DNA of 64,000 nucleotides from Thermodesulfobacteriota bacterium (GTDB taxonomy: Bacteria; Desulfobacterota_D; UBA1144; Nemesobacterales; UBA2774). Under the pieces are notes generated by a model that did no database searches, had not been told where the DNA came from, and saw only the letters and a program-made list of their open reading frames with translations. The translations under genes were made by a program, and so were the position numbers. The DNA lies in assembly GCA_965216785.1 (NCBI GenBank), contig OZ244197.1, forward strand, positions 320,001 through 384,000, given 5' to 3'. Of the stretch, positions 49,724 through 60,204 are shown in pieces (positions within the stretch are counted from its first letter, which is position 1; every line of letters starts with the position of its first letter).

Positions 49724-50956
49724 TTATGTCCGGGAGTAGAGAATATTTCCCCTGACCATTAGCATGTCTAAATTATCACTTGTAGACGATATTACGGACA
49801 AGTAGGGATCGTTTGAGCGGTTATCGGAGTTAAGAAAAATGAGATCGGCCTCTTTCCCTATTTCAATGCTGCCGGTTTTATCCTCTATGTATAACGCTCT
49901 AGCGCCGCCCAGAGTGGCGCAGTAAACAGATTTAGCTGCAGCGTCTTTCCCCAGAGTAAGCGACATCAGCAGATGGAGCGAGCGGAGCTCTTCAAAATAG
50001 TCAAGGTTATAGTTACTCGAAAGCCCGTCGGTGCCGAGCCCCAACCTGTCAAGACCATTATAATTTTCAAGTGGGGGGATTCCTACCTGAAGAAATAAAT
50101 TACTTCTCGGGCATAGTACAATACCAACGTTTTTATCTCGAATCTCTTGAACTTCTTGTGGGTTTACCTGAACCATATGCACCGTGGTAACCCCGGAGTC
50201 ATCGAAAAAACCCATTTCACCCAGATACGAGAACGGAGTATCGGCCATATTTCTTGAAAACGGTTTTTTATTTATTATCGGGAATATCGTACTCTCAAAA
50301 GCGTTCTCTTTTCCGCGCACGAACTCCATTTCATTGGGGCTTTCAGCAAGGTGGATACCAAGAGGTATATTATTCCTTTTATGAGATTGCAGTACCTTTT
50401 TAAGAAGTCCGGGTGAGCATGAGTAAGGAGCATGCGGAAAGAGTCTTTCCTGAAACAACGGCAGGTTTTCAAAATTGTCCAGATCACACGTCTCTTCCTT
50501 TGAATCAAGAATTTCTCTAAAGAGCACAGTTCTTAAGCCCGAGCGCTTTAATATAGGGATATCAATTCCCCCGTAAGAGGAAATCTCGCCTATGGTTGTG
50601 ACTCCGCTCGACAAAATGGTCTCTATACCGTCTTTAACGGAGCTCTCTATGGTCTCTTCCGCAATCGGCTCTCTCTTTGCTTTTATAATTTGCTTGAGCC
50701 AGCCTGTAAACCCCTGAAATAAGCCTATTTTTTCTTTAATCCATCCAAGCTCAAGGTGCACGTGGGCGTTTATAAAACCCGGCATGAGCACACCGCTGCC
50801 GAGCTCAATCACCTTAGCGCCCTGATAGGTCCTTATGAGTTTTTGCGCCGGACCTATGTCCTTGATAACACCGTCTTGTATCAGGACGGCCGAATTATTC
50901 ATTGGAGGAGAAGAGATCGGAAGTACTGTATCTGAGGTTAAAAGAAGCTTACTCAT
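49724..50956 (-). CDS. Amidohydrolase, probable aminodeoxyfutalosine deaminase
   Basis: PGFINAHVHLEL, GEISS, PHAPYS, HLAES, CPRSN, GTDGLSSN. Confidence 0.8.
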   Translation of the reverse strand: MSKLLLTSDTVLPISSPPMNNSAVLIQDGVIKDIGPAQKLIRTYQGAKVIELGSGVLMPGFINAHVHLELGWIKEKIGLFQGFTGWLKQIIKAKREPIAEETIESSVKDGIETILSSGVTTIGEISSYGGIDIPILKRSGLRTVLFREILDSKEETCDLDNFENLPLFQERLFPHAPYSCSPGLLKKVLQSHKRNNIPLGIHLAESPNEMEFVRGKENAFESTIFPIINKKPFSRNMADTPFSYLGEMGFFDDSGVTTVHMVQVNPQEVQEIRDKNVGIVLCPRSNLFLQVGIPPLENYNGLDRLGLGTDGLSSNYNLDYFEELRSLHLLMSLTLGKDAAAKSVYCATLGGARALYIEDKTGSIEIGKEADLIFLNSDNRSNDPYLSVISSTSDNLDMLMVRGNILYSRT

Positions 50957-51013
50957 GGCTTTGATAGTTTATTGGTTATAAAAACGAATATATTTGAGAA
51001 TAAGGAGCGCATA

Positions 51014-51877
51014 TTACAAAAGAGATTCAATTCTATCAAGGATATCTTTACTAAGTGAACCCGTCGCAACCTCCTCCACAGCGCCCCTCATCTTGATCGT
51101 CCAATCCTCTCTGATCTCGATATCGAGCTCTCCTCCGGGCATGGCGATGGTTACGTTTGCGTCAGTGAGAGAGTTCTTTACGCAGGCTGAAGCTACGGCG
51201 CAGGAGCTGCTGCCGGAAGCAAGGGTGTACCCTGCCCCTCTTTCCCAGATAAGAATCTCGACCCTGTCTCTTGAGACGGGCTTTGCGATCTGCACATTAA
51301 TGCGGTTTGGAAACATCTCGTGGTTTTCTATCAGCGGACCTACGAGCTTGATGTAACCTTCGTCTAGTTCGTCCATGAACACAACGCAGTGAGGGTTTCC
51401 CACGGATACCGCGGTGAACTTAAGCGGCTCTCCCTCGACAATTATCTCTTCGCCAACCACCTCTCTGTCTTCTCCTGCTACGGGTATGAGTGTACTTTTA
51501 AAGGTTGCCTCTCCCATTTCAACCGTAACGTAAGGCACCCGCCCGTCTTCTATCTCAAGCTCTGCAGTAACAATGCCGCCCAGGGTATCGATAGTAAACT
51601 TTTCGTTATGGGCATGGCCGTGCTCATAGAGATACTTCGCAAAGATCCTGAGACCGTTTCCGCTTTTCTCTGCCTCACTACCGTCGGGGTTAAGTATCCT
51701 GAGACCGAAATCGGTTCTATCTGAGGGTACCAACAAAAGTATGCCGTCAGAGCCGATGCCGTAATTTCTGTCGCATAGAAGTTTTGTAATTTCCGGGTTC
51801 AGATCGAACGTCAGATCCGATGAGTCCATGACGAAATAGTCGTTCCCAAGTCCGTGCGATTTTACAAATCGGTTCAT
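51014..51877 (-). CDS. dapF: Diaminopimelate epimerase (Ser/Ser active-site variant)
   Basis: HGLGNDY, GIGSDG, NPDGSEAEKSGNG, GNPHCV, WERGAG.TLASGS. Confidence 0.9.
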   Translation of the reverse strand: MNRFVKSHGLGNDYFVMDSSDLTFDLNPEITKLLCDRNYGIGSDGILLLVPSDRTDFGLRILNPDGSEAEKSGNGLRIFAKYLYEHGHAHNEKFTIDTLGGIVTAELEIEDGRVPYVTVEMGEATFKSTLIPVAGEDREVVGEEIIVEGEPLKFTAVSVGNPHCVVFMDELDEGYIKLVGPLIENHEMFPNRINVQIAKPVSRDRVEILIWERGAGYTLASGSSSCAVASACVKNSLTDANVTIAMPGGELDIEIREDWTIKMRGAVEEVATGSLSKDILDRIESLL

Positions 51878-51998
51878 ATCATCTACTCCCTAATAGGCGC
51901 TAAATTTAAGTTAAGATTAGATTATACATTGGAGAACTCAACAATTACGTATATTTAGTTACTTATCTTTTAAAAGACGGCTGTGAAACCGAGCGAGA

Positions 51999-52673
51999 CT
52001 ACTCGAGAATTACATTTCCGCCGTAACCCCGTTTTCTGAGTTTGGAGGCCGCTTTCTTTGCGTCTTTTTCGCTGGAATACCTGCCTACCCTGACTCTGTG
52101 GTAATCATCTCCATTTACCTTCACTGTCTCGATCCTTACTTCATCATACTCTATGTCCAGTCTCTTTTTAACATTAACAGCGGAAGCCCTTTCCTTGTAT
52201 GATCCCACCTGTACCGTGTAGTTAGCGTCAAAATAGCTGCCGCTCCTCGAAGAAGGCGTGGACATAACTTCCACTTTAACCTTAACGGTGCCTTTCTGTA
52301 TCATGTCGATCGCTTTGGCGGGCGCGTGTGAGAGGTCAATGATGCGGTCTCCTACAAAAGGACCCCTGTCGTTAATCTTAACCACAACATCGCGTCCATT
52401 CTCTAGATTGGTCACGCGTACAACAGTGCCCATGGGAAGACTTTTATGAGCAGCGGTATAGGCGTACTTACTGAACTTCTCGCCGCTCGCGGCATAATTA
52501 TTGTGCTCTTCGATCCCATACCAGGAGGCTATGCCGACTTGTGTATGCCCCTCGGTTACGTAGGGCTTTTCCTCGGTGGTGCCTTCATATACGTCCGTAG
52601 TAGGGACAGATTTTTTACCGCATGAGAAAAACACCGGAATCACTATCAATAGGAGTAATGCCTTAATACGCAT
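51999..52673 (-). CDS. rlpA: RlpA lytic transglycosylase lipoprotein with SPOR domain
   Basis: Lipobox FFSC, ASWYG, TAAHKSLP, INDRGPF, IDLS; C-terminal YTVQVGSY...RVRVG. Confidence 0.92.
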   Translation of the reverse strand: MRIKALLLLIVIPVFFSCGKKSVPTTDVYEGTTEEKPYVTEGHTQVGIASWYGIEEHNNYAASGEKFSKYAYTAAHKSLPMGTVVRVTNLENGRDVVVKINDRGPFVGDRIIDLSHAPAKAIDMIQKGTVKVKVEVMSTPSSRSGSYFDANYTVQVGSYKERASAVNVKKRLDIEYDEVRIETVKVNGDDYHRVRVGRYSSEKDAKKAASKLRKRGYGGNVILE

Positions 52674-52739
52674 ATAAAGAAATTTAACACAATGACGCTA
52701 ATTTCTAAAGATTGTTACTCGCTCCTGCCCGGGACTTTA

Positions 52740-53117
52740 CTAACTTTCAGGCTTGGAGACAATTTCTACTCTTACCCTTGTGACGCCCCGGCTTAAGATA
52801 CCTATGCTGCTGGCAGCAGCGCGGGAAATATCTATGATACGTCCCCTGATGAAGGGCCCCCTGTCGTTTACTGTAATAACAACATCTTTTCCGTTCCTCA
52901 GATTAATAACTCTTACCAGAGTACCGAAGGGGAGGCTCCTGTGGGCTCCGGTAAATGAGTGCTGGTCAAACCTTTCTCCGCTAGCCGTCTTTTTCCCTTG
53001 AAAAGATTTCCCATACCACGAGGCATTTCCGTACTGCGGATAGACTTCGCCCGAGATTGCGAAAAGCGGTAGTAATAAAAACAATATGGCGGCTGTTGGT
53101 ATGAAGAATTTAATCAT
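52740..53117 (-). CDS. RlpA-like DPBB domain protein (no SPOR domain, no lipobox)
   Basis: ASWYG..FQGKKTASGERF, AHRSLPFGT, VNDRGPF, IIDIS. Confidence 0.88.
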   Translation of the reverse strand: MIKFFIPTAAILFLLLPLFAISGEVYPQYGNASWYGKSFQGKKTASGERFDQHSFTGAHRSLPFGTLVRVINLRNGKDVVITVNDRGPFIRGRIIDISRAAASSIGILSRGVTRVRVEIVSKPES

Positions 53118-53220
53118 AGATACCCGTCCCCAGAACTATTCTCCCTTAATTTCCTTGAGATTGTCAAGGATTCGCATACAATTATCCAAAATACGATAAG
53201 ACGGAACCAGACAATAAACT

Positions 53221-54408
53221 ATGCAGCAGACACTTGAAGATTTTTCACTCATTAGAAGACTCCCGCCCTATGTGTTCAACATAGTAAACGAGTTAAAGTA
53301 CAGGGCCAGAGCCAGGGGAGAGGATATTATCGACCTTGGGATGGGAAATCCGGACCAGGCCACTCCCGAGCATATTGTAAAGAAGCTCGTTGAAGCCTCT
53401 GAGGACCCAAGGGCGCACCGCTACTCCGCCTCGGCAGGCATTCCCAAGCTCAGGCTCGCGATATGCGACTGGTATAAGAGAATGCACGGCGTGGAGCTTG
53501 ACCCTGAAACTGAGGCCGTTGTCACAATAGGCTCAAAAGAGGGAATATCGCATCTTATGCTCTCTATACTATCGCCCGGGGATATGGTGATCGTGCCTAA
53601 CCCGGCATACCCGATACACCTGTATTCGGTGATTATATCCAGGGGAGACGTGCAGAGCGTCCCGTTAACCGAGGGGCCGGAGCTCATTGAGTCGATCGAA
53701 AAAACCGTAAAAGAAGTATGGCCAAAGCCCAAAGTGCTGATGATATCATTTCCGAATAACCCGACGACCCATACGGTGGATTTGGACTTTTTTAAGGACA
53801 TATACGAGCTGGCAAAGGAGACGGGGCTTATAGTAGTTCACGATTTCGCATACGCTGAGCTCTGTTTTGACGGATATAAAGCGCCGAGCTTCCTTGAGGT
53901 TCCGGGCGCAAAGGAAGTGGGGGTTGAGTTCTACTCTCTGTCAAAGAGCTACAACATGCCGGGCTGGCGCGTGGGGTTCATGGTGGGAAATCCGAAGATA
54001 GTGGCCGCGCTTAAAAGGATTAAAAGCTATATGGACTACGGTATCTTCACGCCTATTCAGGTTGCCGCCATAGCGGCTTTAAACGGCCCGCAGGACTGTG
54101 TTGACGAGATACGAAACCTCTATAAGCTCCGCCGCGACAGACTGGTCGAAGGACTGTCCAGAGCGGGATGGGAAATACCCAAACCCAAAGGCACAATGTT
54201 CGTATGGGCTGAAATACCAGAAGAGTTTAAGCAAATGGGGTCGCTTGAGTTCTCTAAACTCCTTATAGAGGAGGCTAAAGTGGCCGTATCGCCCGGCGTA
54301 GGGTTCGGCAATTACGGAGAAGGATATTTAAGACTCGCCCTTGTGGAAAATGAGAAGAGGATAATGCAGGCCGTAAGAGGAATAAGAAAATTTCTCAACA
54401 GTAAGTAA
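53221..54408 (+). CDS. alaC: Class I/II PLP aminotransferase, AlaC-like
   Basis: [49 protein letters not shown]. Confidence 0.8.
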   Translation: MQQTLEDFSLIRRLPPYVFNIVNELKYRARARGEDIIDLGMGNPDQATPEHIVKKLVEASEDPRAHRYSASAGIPKLRLAICDWYKRMHGVELDPETEAVVTIGSKEGISHLMLSILSPGDMVIVPNPAYPIHLYSVIISRGDVQSVPLTEGPELIESIEKTVKEVWPKPKVLMISFPNNPTTHTVDLDFFKDIYELAKETGLIVVHDFAYAELCFDGYKAPSFLEVPGAKEVGVEFYSLSKSYNMPGWRVGFMVGNPKIVAALKRIKSYMDYGIFTPIQVAAIAALNGPQDCVDEIRNLYKLRRDRLVEGLSRAGWEIPKPKGTMFVWAEIPEEFKQMGSLEFSKLLIEEAKVAVSPGVGFGNYGEGYLRLALVENEKRIMQAVRGIRKFLNSK

Positions 54409-54422
54409 CCCTTCTTAAGCTC

Positions 54423-57400
54423 TTAATAGTCAAAGTTGAAAAAGAGGTCCGCTCCCGTTTCGTCCCCGATCGCACTTTCAACGGTTAAGAAATCAAAGAT
54501 TCTGTATTCTACTACAGCTCTGTTAGCGGTTACGATGGACGACTGCACCCCCGGGCTGAAGAAATATCTTTCATAGAAAAAACGCTCGTAGGAATATCGC
54601 TCATACCCTACATAGAGGTCTTCTGTCACGTATTTACCTACCTCAATACCTGTTTCGCCAAACCCGGTCTGACCCCCTTTTATCGTAATAACATCTACAG
54701 CGAATTGGTCCCCGAACATGTCGCGGATCTCATCTACCGCCATGCTGCCAAGAAATTCGCCTGCTTTTTCCTGAAAAGCTACCCGGTCATCCGCCCCCAG
54801 GCTCTCGGAGGATGTACCGAATACTAAATATGAGACTATTTCGTTCTCATCAAGTGGAGGGTCGCTCGAGAGCTGAATTTTGGGCTTTTCCGCAGTGCCC
54901 GTTATGTTTATATACACTTCGATGTTAGATATCTCATAAAGCGCCCGGACATCGATAAACGGATTTATTATTTCCTTACCCCTGAAGCTCACCGTACCAC
55001 CCTGGATGACAAAGAGTTTGCCCATGAACTGATATTCACCCCTTACTACATCTATGTTTCCGGTCACGATGTAAGGCTCTTTTAATTTCTTATTGATCTC
55101 GAGCCTACCCTCAACTTCGATATTAGCACCGCTTCCCTTAACCCACGAGTCTTTGGGAATATCGACATTAAGCTTCATTTCCACATACTCTATGAAATAA
55201 TCTATTTCACCTTTTCCGGTATATATAAACTCCTCGCGCTCAGCTTCTCTCTGGTTTACGAATTTGATATTCTCTACGACCTTAATGGGCTTTTCGGGAA
55301 CGATCACCTCTATGTCCCGTGCTGTTATGTCTCCTGTGATGAGAGCGTTTAACATTTCTCCCTTAACGTCGATCTGCCCGTCCATCCTGGCCGTAACCTC
55401 AGCCGGAGTAGCCTTTACCATGAGTCCGTTCAAGGCGCCCTTACCCGAGTACTTGAGAGTACGGAAATCCACACTGCCCTCAAACGTTCCTTCCCCTTCC
55501 TCAGTCAGTATTTTAAGCGGGTGGAGTTTTCCCTTCTTACCGCTCATTTCAAAAACGGCCTCTGGTATTCGGAGCTTATTCGCAAGAGAGTACATTTGAA
55601 AATTTACGTCTTTTACTTCTATCTTTCCGTTTATATTAGGGTCCATTCCGCTGCCCGACGCACTCAGATCGACAATTAATCTCCCGTCAATAGTTTTAAG
55701 CTCCTCGTTAAATGCTATGAGCGGGCTAAGATCAATACCGTCCGATTTTATATTCGCGTTGAACGTAGTGTTCTGAAAGCTTTTTTCGAAGTCCTTTTGA
55801 GTAAGATCGACCTTGGCCTTTGCCGTAGCCGAAAGGATGGACTTTGAGTTCTCAAATACGTGAAAGCCAAGATCAATATCGCCTTTTGAGAATAGTACAT
55901 CTAGGGTGATCTGATCGCTATTAAAATTCATGTACTGCAAGTTACTCGCCTGAATACTGGCGTTTACATCAGGGAAATTGAGAGACGGCCCGAAATTGAG
56001 TACGCCAGAGACCTGACCTTTTAGGGGAAATTGAAAATTGAGGAGCTCGGAAACATCTAGAAGATCGATCTTTTTGAGCTCGATTTTTGCTTGAAGAGTG
56101 TTGTCGAATCCGACTTCGGCATCGCCTATTATGTAATTATCCTTATGATGTAAATTAAAAGAGCGAAGTGTCAATCTATCCTTGAATATCTTTACATCCA
56201 CAGGCTCCTTATTTGTAAGTACCGACTTTTCGATGTTGAGGTTGATATTATCGACTTCAAGAGCGGTCTCATCCCCCATCAGATCCCTGAGCTTAAAGTC
56301 CATTGAATATTTCCTCGTCTTAGTTTCGAGAATCTTCAAGTTACCGTCCACACCGCCTGCCGCGCTCTTTGCGTTGAACTTTACGGTCTCGATGTCTCTT
56401 CCATTAAAAAAAGTGTCCCTGAGTGTTCCGCCTGCGCGTAGACTCAGGTCTGAAAAATCAAAATTAGTGGCGCCCGACAAATCGAACCTTCTAATTTTCA
56501 ATGCATCGCTGTCATAAGAGAAATCTAAACCTGTTGTTGTAAATGTGAGCTTAGGCGCATCAATGTCACCGCTCAATTTTCCTTTGGCGTTCAGAGAGCC
56601 TTGTAGCAGAGCATCCTGGGTAAATGTAGAGACGACGCTTAGGTCTTTAATATCGATATCGTAATTAATCCCGCGGGTGCCGGGACCTCCGAATGTCCCG
56701 CTCGCATTGGCGTTTATCTTATCGGAATTAAGGACAAGCGATTTTAAAGTGAGGACGTTGTTACTAAACGAGGCATCGATTCTCCCACGCTCCAAACTCA
56801 TATCAAATATACTCGAGGGCTCAAACTCGGCCTTAACCGAGCCTTCGAAATTCTGTGGAAACTCACCCTCTAAACCTAAAACACCCTTAAGCTTGAAGCT
56901 CGAGTTCAGATCGCTCTTGTATAGATCGTCCTCCAAGAGTGGGGCCAGATTGGCGTTTAAAAATTTTACATCGAAATCATAGTCCAGTGTGGAGTCGGCC
57001 AGTTTAAGCGGCCCGGTCAGATTTATTTCACCTGCGGTTCCGCTTACAATTTTAAGGTCTTTAAAATCAAAAAGCGCACTGAAAGACTCTGAGTCGCTCC
57101 AGCTACCCTTAAAGTTGATATCAGAATTTACGTCCGCACTGTATTTTTGCGCTATTTCTTCATCACTAAGCTCCTCTGATTGCTGAAAGAGCTTTAGCAC
57201 CTCCGCAGTCTGAAGCGCCTCGAGAGATATATTTATATCAACAGTGTTATTCCCGCTTCCCTCCATCATCTCTTCCAAATAAAGACTCCCTTCAAGAGAT
57301 GCCTGACCGAAATCGGTATTTAGCGTACCCTCGGTAAAATCCAAATCATTACCCTTAATGATGATCCTATCTACCCCACCCCCGATTTTTGTATCCATAA

Positions 57401-58316
57401 GCAGCGAATCCACAAGCTTAAGCTCGGCTGTGGCGTCAATCTCTTCATAGTCCTTATATAGACCCCTGGTTTTTATCTCAAGATTAACACTTCCCGCATC
57501 TCCAAGATCAATACCCAGAGCTGAGGCTTTGAAATTGAAGCTCGGATTTTCAAACTTTCTGATCGTGCCCTCTAGAGAGACGTCCGCACGACCGAGAAGA
57601 AAGCTCAGGTGCTTTATACTGAGCTTGTCCATTTTTTCGTTTATTGAGTAAGTAGCTTTTCCTGAAGCTTCATTAAGGTGTACCTCGAAGTTCTCCTGAT
57701 CGTGATATCTGGCAATCAGATCACCGTTATCGAGTTCCACCTCAATATTCTCTATCAATTTCAGCACCTTGAGGCTCAAATCCAGGTTGTTGAGCTCGTA
57801 CTCTATGAGCTCGTTCTTGATACGGTCGTTTACGAATATTCTGACATCTGACCCCTTGGCGTTTTGAATAAAGACGTTCCAATCTGTGGGATCACGCCAC
57901 TCGCGGGGCTTGAAAGGCTCGAGCACCTCGTAGTTCCATGATTTGTCAGGGTAATAAATCAGGTTTAGGCGCAGCCCCTTTGTAGTCAATTTTTCTATCG
58001 GGATCAGCTTACTGAATAGAGTGGAGCTATCGAGCATCAATGGAAGGGAATAGTCTATAAAAATTTCATCTATATCGAGAAAGTCCTCGTTGTCGATTTT
58101 AAAGCTGACGTCCTTGAGCACAACTCCGCGTAAAAAATTCCCTTCTATGCTGCCGATGTAGAATTCCTGATCGGTGAGTGCATTAATTACGGAGTTTGCG
58201 GATACTCTGACGAATTCCCTAAAATAGCGGGTCTGTACCAAAAAAAACAGGATTGCCGCTAATAAAGCAAGTATCAATAGGAATATTCCGATAGGCTTGA
58301 GTACGGTTGAGCGCAT
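54423..58316 (-). CDS. tamB: Translocation/assembly module TamB (AsmA-like) protein
   Basis: N-terminal TM anchor, long beta-rich body, C-terminal GTAEKPKIQLSSDPPL..NEIVSYLVFG...GKYV. Confidence 0.85.
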   Translation of the reverse strand: MRSTVLKPIGIFLLILALLAAILFFLVQTRYFREFVRVSANSVINALTDQEFYIGSIEGNFLRGVVLKDVSFKIDNEDFLDIDEIFIDYSLPLMLDSSTLFSKLIPIEKLTTKGLRLNLIYYPDKSWNYEVLEPFKPREWRDPTDWNVFIQNAKGSDVRIFVNDRIKNELIEYELNNLDLSLKVLKLIENIEVELDNGDLIARYHDQENFEVHLNEASGKATYSINEKMDKLSIKHLSFLLGRADVSLEGTIRKFENPSFNFKASALGIDLGDAGSVNLEIKTRGLYKDYEEIDATAELKLVDSLLMDTKIGGGVDRIIIKGNDLDFTEGTLNTDFGQASLEGSLYLEEMMEGSGNNTVDINISLEALQTAEVLKLFQQSEELSDEEIAQKYSADVNSDINFKGSWSDSESFSALFDFKDLKIVSGTAGEINLTGPLKLADSTLDYDFDVKFLNANLAPLLEDDLYKSDLNSSFKLKGVLGLEGEFPQNFEGSVKAEFEPSSIFDMSLERGRIDASFSNNVLTLKSLVLNSDKINANASGTFGGPGTRGINYDIDIKDLSVVSTFTQDALLQGSLNAKGKLSGDIDAPKLTFTTTGLDFSYDSDALKIRRFDLSGATNFDFSDLSLRAGGTLRDTFFNGRDIETVKFNAKSAAGGVDGNLKILETKTRKYSMDFKLRDLMGDETALEVDNINLNIEKSVLTNKEPVDVKIFKDRLTLRSFNLHHKDNYIIGDAEVGFDNTLQAKIELKKIDLLDVSELLNFQFPLKGQVSGVLNFGPSLNFPDVNASIQASNLQYMNFNSDQITLDVLFSKGDIDLGFHVFENSKSILSATAKAKVDLTQKDFEKSFQNTTFNANIKSDGIDLSPLIAFNEELKTIDGRLIVDLSASGSGMDPNINGKIEVKDVNFQMYSLANKLRIPEAVFEMSGKKGKLHPLKILTEEGEGTFEGSVDFRTLKYSGKGALNGLMVKATPAEVTARMDGQIDVKGEMLNALITGDITARDIEVIVPEKPIKVVENIKFVNQREAEREEFIYTGKGEIDYFIEYVEMKLNVDIPKDSWVKGSGANIEVEGRLEINKKLKEPYIVTGNIDVVRGEYQFMGKLFVIQGGTVSFRGKEIINPFIDVRALYEISNIEVYINITGTAEKPKIQLSSDPPLDENEIVSYLVFGTSSESLGADDRVAFQEKAGEFLGSMAVDEIRDMFGDQFAVDVITIKGGQTGFGETGIEVGKYVTEDLYVGYERYSYERFFYERYFFSPGVQSSIVTANRAVVEYRIFDFLTVESAIGDETGADLFFNFDY

Positions 58317-58521
58317 GTCTCTAACTCTGAATTATAACATAAGGGCCTAAAAAAAGAATTAAAATCGGGCTTTTACAGCTAAAACGAAAACCGAAACTTA
58401 ATATTCATAGCTACAAAGACTTAAGCCCTGAACTCTACAATTAAATATACCCAACACCTGGGGGAAAAGAGCTGTATTGAGGGCTTATGTGCTTATCTTA
58501 ACCCTGTCTTAATATTAGAAC

Positions 58522-58550
58522 TTGCTAAGCCAATAATGCTCAGATAATAT
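58522..58550 (+). promoter_or_regulatory. Putative sigma70 promoter of nuoGH
   Basis: TTGCTA-17 bp-TAATAT, 33 bp before the ATG. Confidence 0.5.
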
Positions 58551-58583
58551 TCTCAGGACTCTAGATTTACCATAAATTCCCCT

Positions 58584-60188
58584 ATGCCTAAACTAACTAT
58601 AGACGGAAAGGAATTAGAGGTTGAAGACGGCCTGAATCTGATTGAGGCCGCCTCGCGAATCGGGGTGGAAATACCCCATTTTTGCTATCATCCCGCGCTT
58701 AGCGTAGTGGCGCAGTGCAGACAATGCTTGGTAGAGGTGGAAGGTGTGCCTAAGGTAATGCCCGCCTGTAATACTTACGTGAGAGAAGGGCTTATAGTTA
58801 AGACAAATTCAGAGCGTGCCGTAGAGGCCAGAAAGGCAACAGTTGAATTTACACTTATCAACCACCCGCTCGACTGTCCGATCTGCGATAAAGGCGGTGA
58901 ATGCCCGCTTCAGATGACCACAGTCTCACACGGACCCGGTTACAGCCGCTTTGAAGGCCCTGAGGAAAAGAAGGTAAGACAGAAATATTACCTGAGCGAT
59001 AAAATTATATATGACCCCAACCGCTGCATTATGTGTACAAGGTGCGTAAGGTTTACGGATGAGGTGACACAAACGGGCGAGCTTGGATATGAGGGAAGAG
59101 GATTCAGGAAGAAAATCGTGGTTTTCCCCGGAAAGAATCTGGATAACGAGCTTTCCGGAAACGTTACCGACCTTTGCCCCGTGGGCGCGCTGCTTAATAA
59201 AGATACGCTTCATAAGGAGCGAGTCTGGTATTGGAAATTCACGGATACTGTGTGCTCGCTTTGTAGTAACGGCTGCAACATAACAGTCGGAGTAGACCCG
59301 AGAAAGGGAAAAGTCGCCAGAGTGAGACCTAGAACGAATACGGATGTTAACGACTACTGGATATGCGATAGGGGCCGCTATGAGTGGACAGATATACAGG
59401 ACGCGGATAAACGCCTTAAGGACCCTATTATAAGAAGGGGCGAGGGGTATGAGATAACGGATTGGGAAGAGGCGTTAAGCTTCACGGCTGAAAGGCTTGT
59501 TGAGGAAAGTCGTAAGCCTCTGCAATCAATCGCATTTTTAACCTCGGCAGCATTAACCAACGAAGAGCTTTATCTGTTTAAAAAAATTGGAGAAACGCTG
59601 GGAAGCAATAATATCGCTTCTAGCATAGGCCTTATTAACGATAAAAAGACTTTTGGCCTGCTCAGCTCGGATCCCTACCCTAACAGCACGGGAGTGAAGG
59701 ACCTGGGGTATCCATACGGTTCGAACATGGTTTTTGAGGTCATAGAGTCAATTATGGAAGGCAAGATTAAATCCCTCTATACGGCCGGAATAGATATTTT
59801 TGATTTTGTGAAGCAAGAGGATAAGCCAAGGCTAAGTGACGCGCTATCCAGGCTCTCTTTATTCGTAGCTCAGGATGTAATGCTTACCGAGACGCTCAGA
59901 CTTTCGCACGTGATACTCCCCGGAGCAAGCGCATATGAAAAAGACGGCACATTTACAAACGACAGGGGAAGGGTGCAGAGAGTAAGAAAGGCGATAACGC
60001 CTCCCGGCACCGCGAAAGCGGACTGGGAGATACTATCACTAATAGGAAAAGAGATCGACGAAACGCTATTTGGCTACAAAGACCCGGGAGACGTCATGGA
60101 CTCTATTGCCAGCGAGTTTCCGGCATACGGTGGTATATCCTACGATAATATCGGAATGCTCGGTATAATGAGATCGGGCCCGGCTTGA
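58584..60188 (+). CDS. nuoG: NADH-quinone oxidoreductase subunit G (short form)
   Basis: N1b CYH...CRQC...C, N5 HPLDCPICDKGGEC, N4 CIMCTRC...CPVGAL, N7 CSLCSNGC...C. Confidence 0.9.
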   Translation: MPKLTIDGKELEVEDGLNLIEAASRIGVEIPHFCYHPALSVVAQCRQCLVEVEGVPKVMPACNTYVREGLIVKTNSERAVEARKATVEFTLINHPLDCPICDKGGECPLQMTTVSHGPGYSRFEGPEEKKVRQKYYLSDKIIYDPNRCIMCTRCVRFTDEVTQTGELGYEGRGFRKKIVVFPGKNLDNELSGNVTDLCPVGALLNKDTLHKERVWYWKFTDTVCSLCSNGCNITVGVDPRKGKVARVRPRTNTDVNDYWICDRGRYEWTDIQDADKRLKDPIIRRGEGYEITDWEEALSFTAERLVEESRKPLQSIAFLTSAALTNEELYLFKKIGETLGSNNIASSIGLINDKKTFGLLSSDPYPNSTGVKDLGYPYGSNMVFEVIESIMEGKIKSLYTAGIDIFDFVKQEDKPRLSDALSRLSLFVAQDVMLTETLRLSHVILPGASAYEKDGTFTNDRGRVQRVRKAITPPGTAKADWEILSLIGKEIDETLFGYKDPGDVMDSIASEFPAYGGISYDNIGMLGIMRSGPA

Positions 60189-60204
60189 GGAATAAAAACT
60201 ACAC

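Noticed and set aside
53221-54408. LL-DAP aminotransferase because dapF is close
   Set aside because: Motifs fit the AlaC-like group and the gene is not in the dapF unit; cannot be decided without phylogeny
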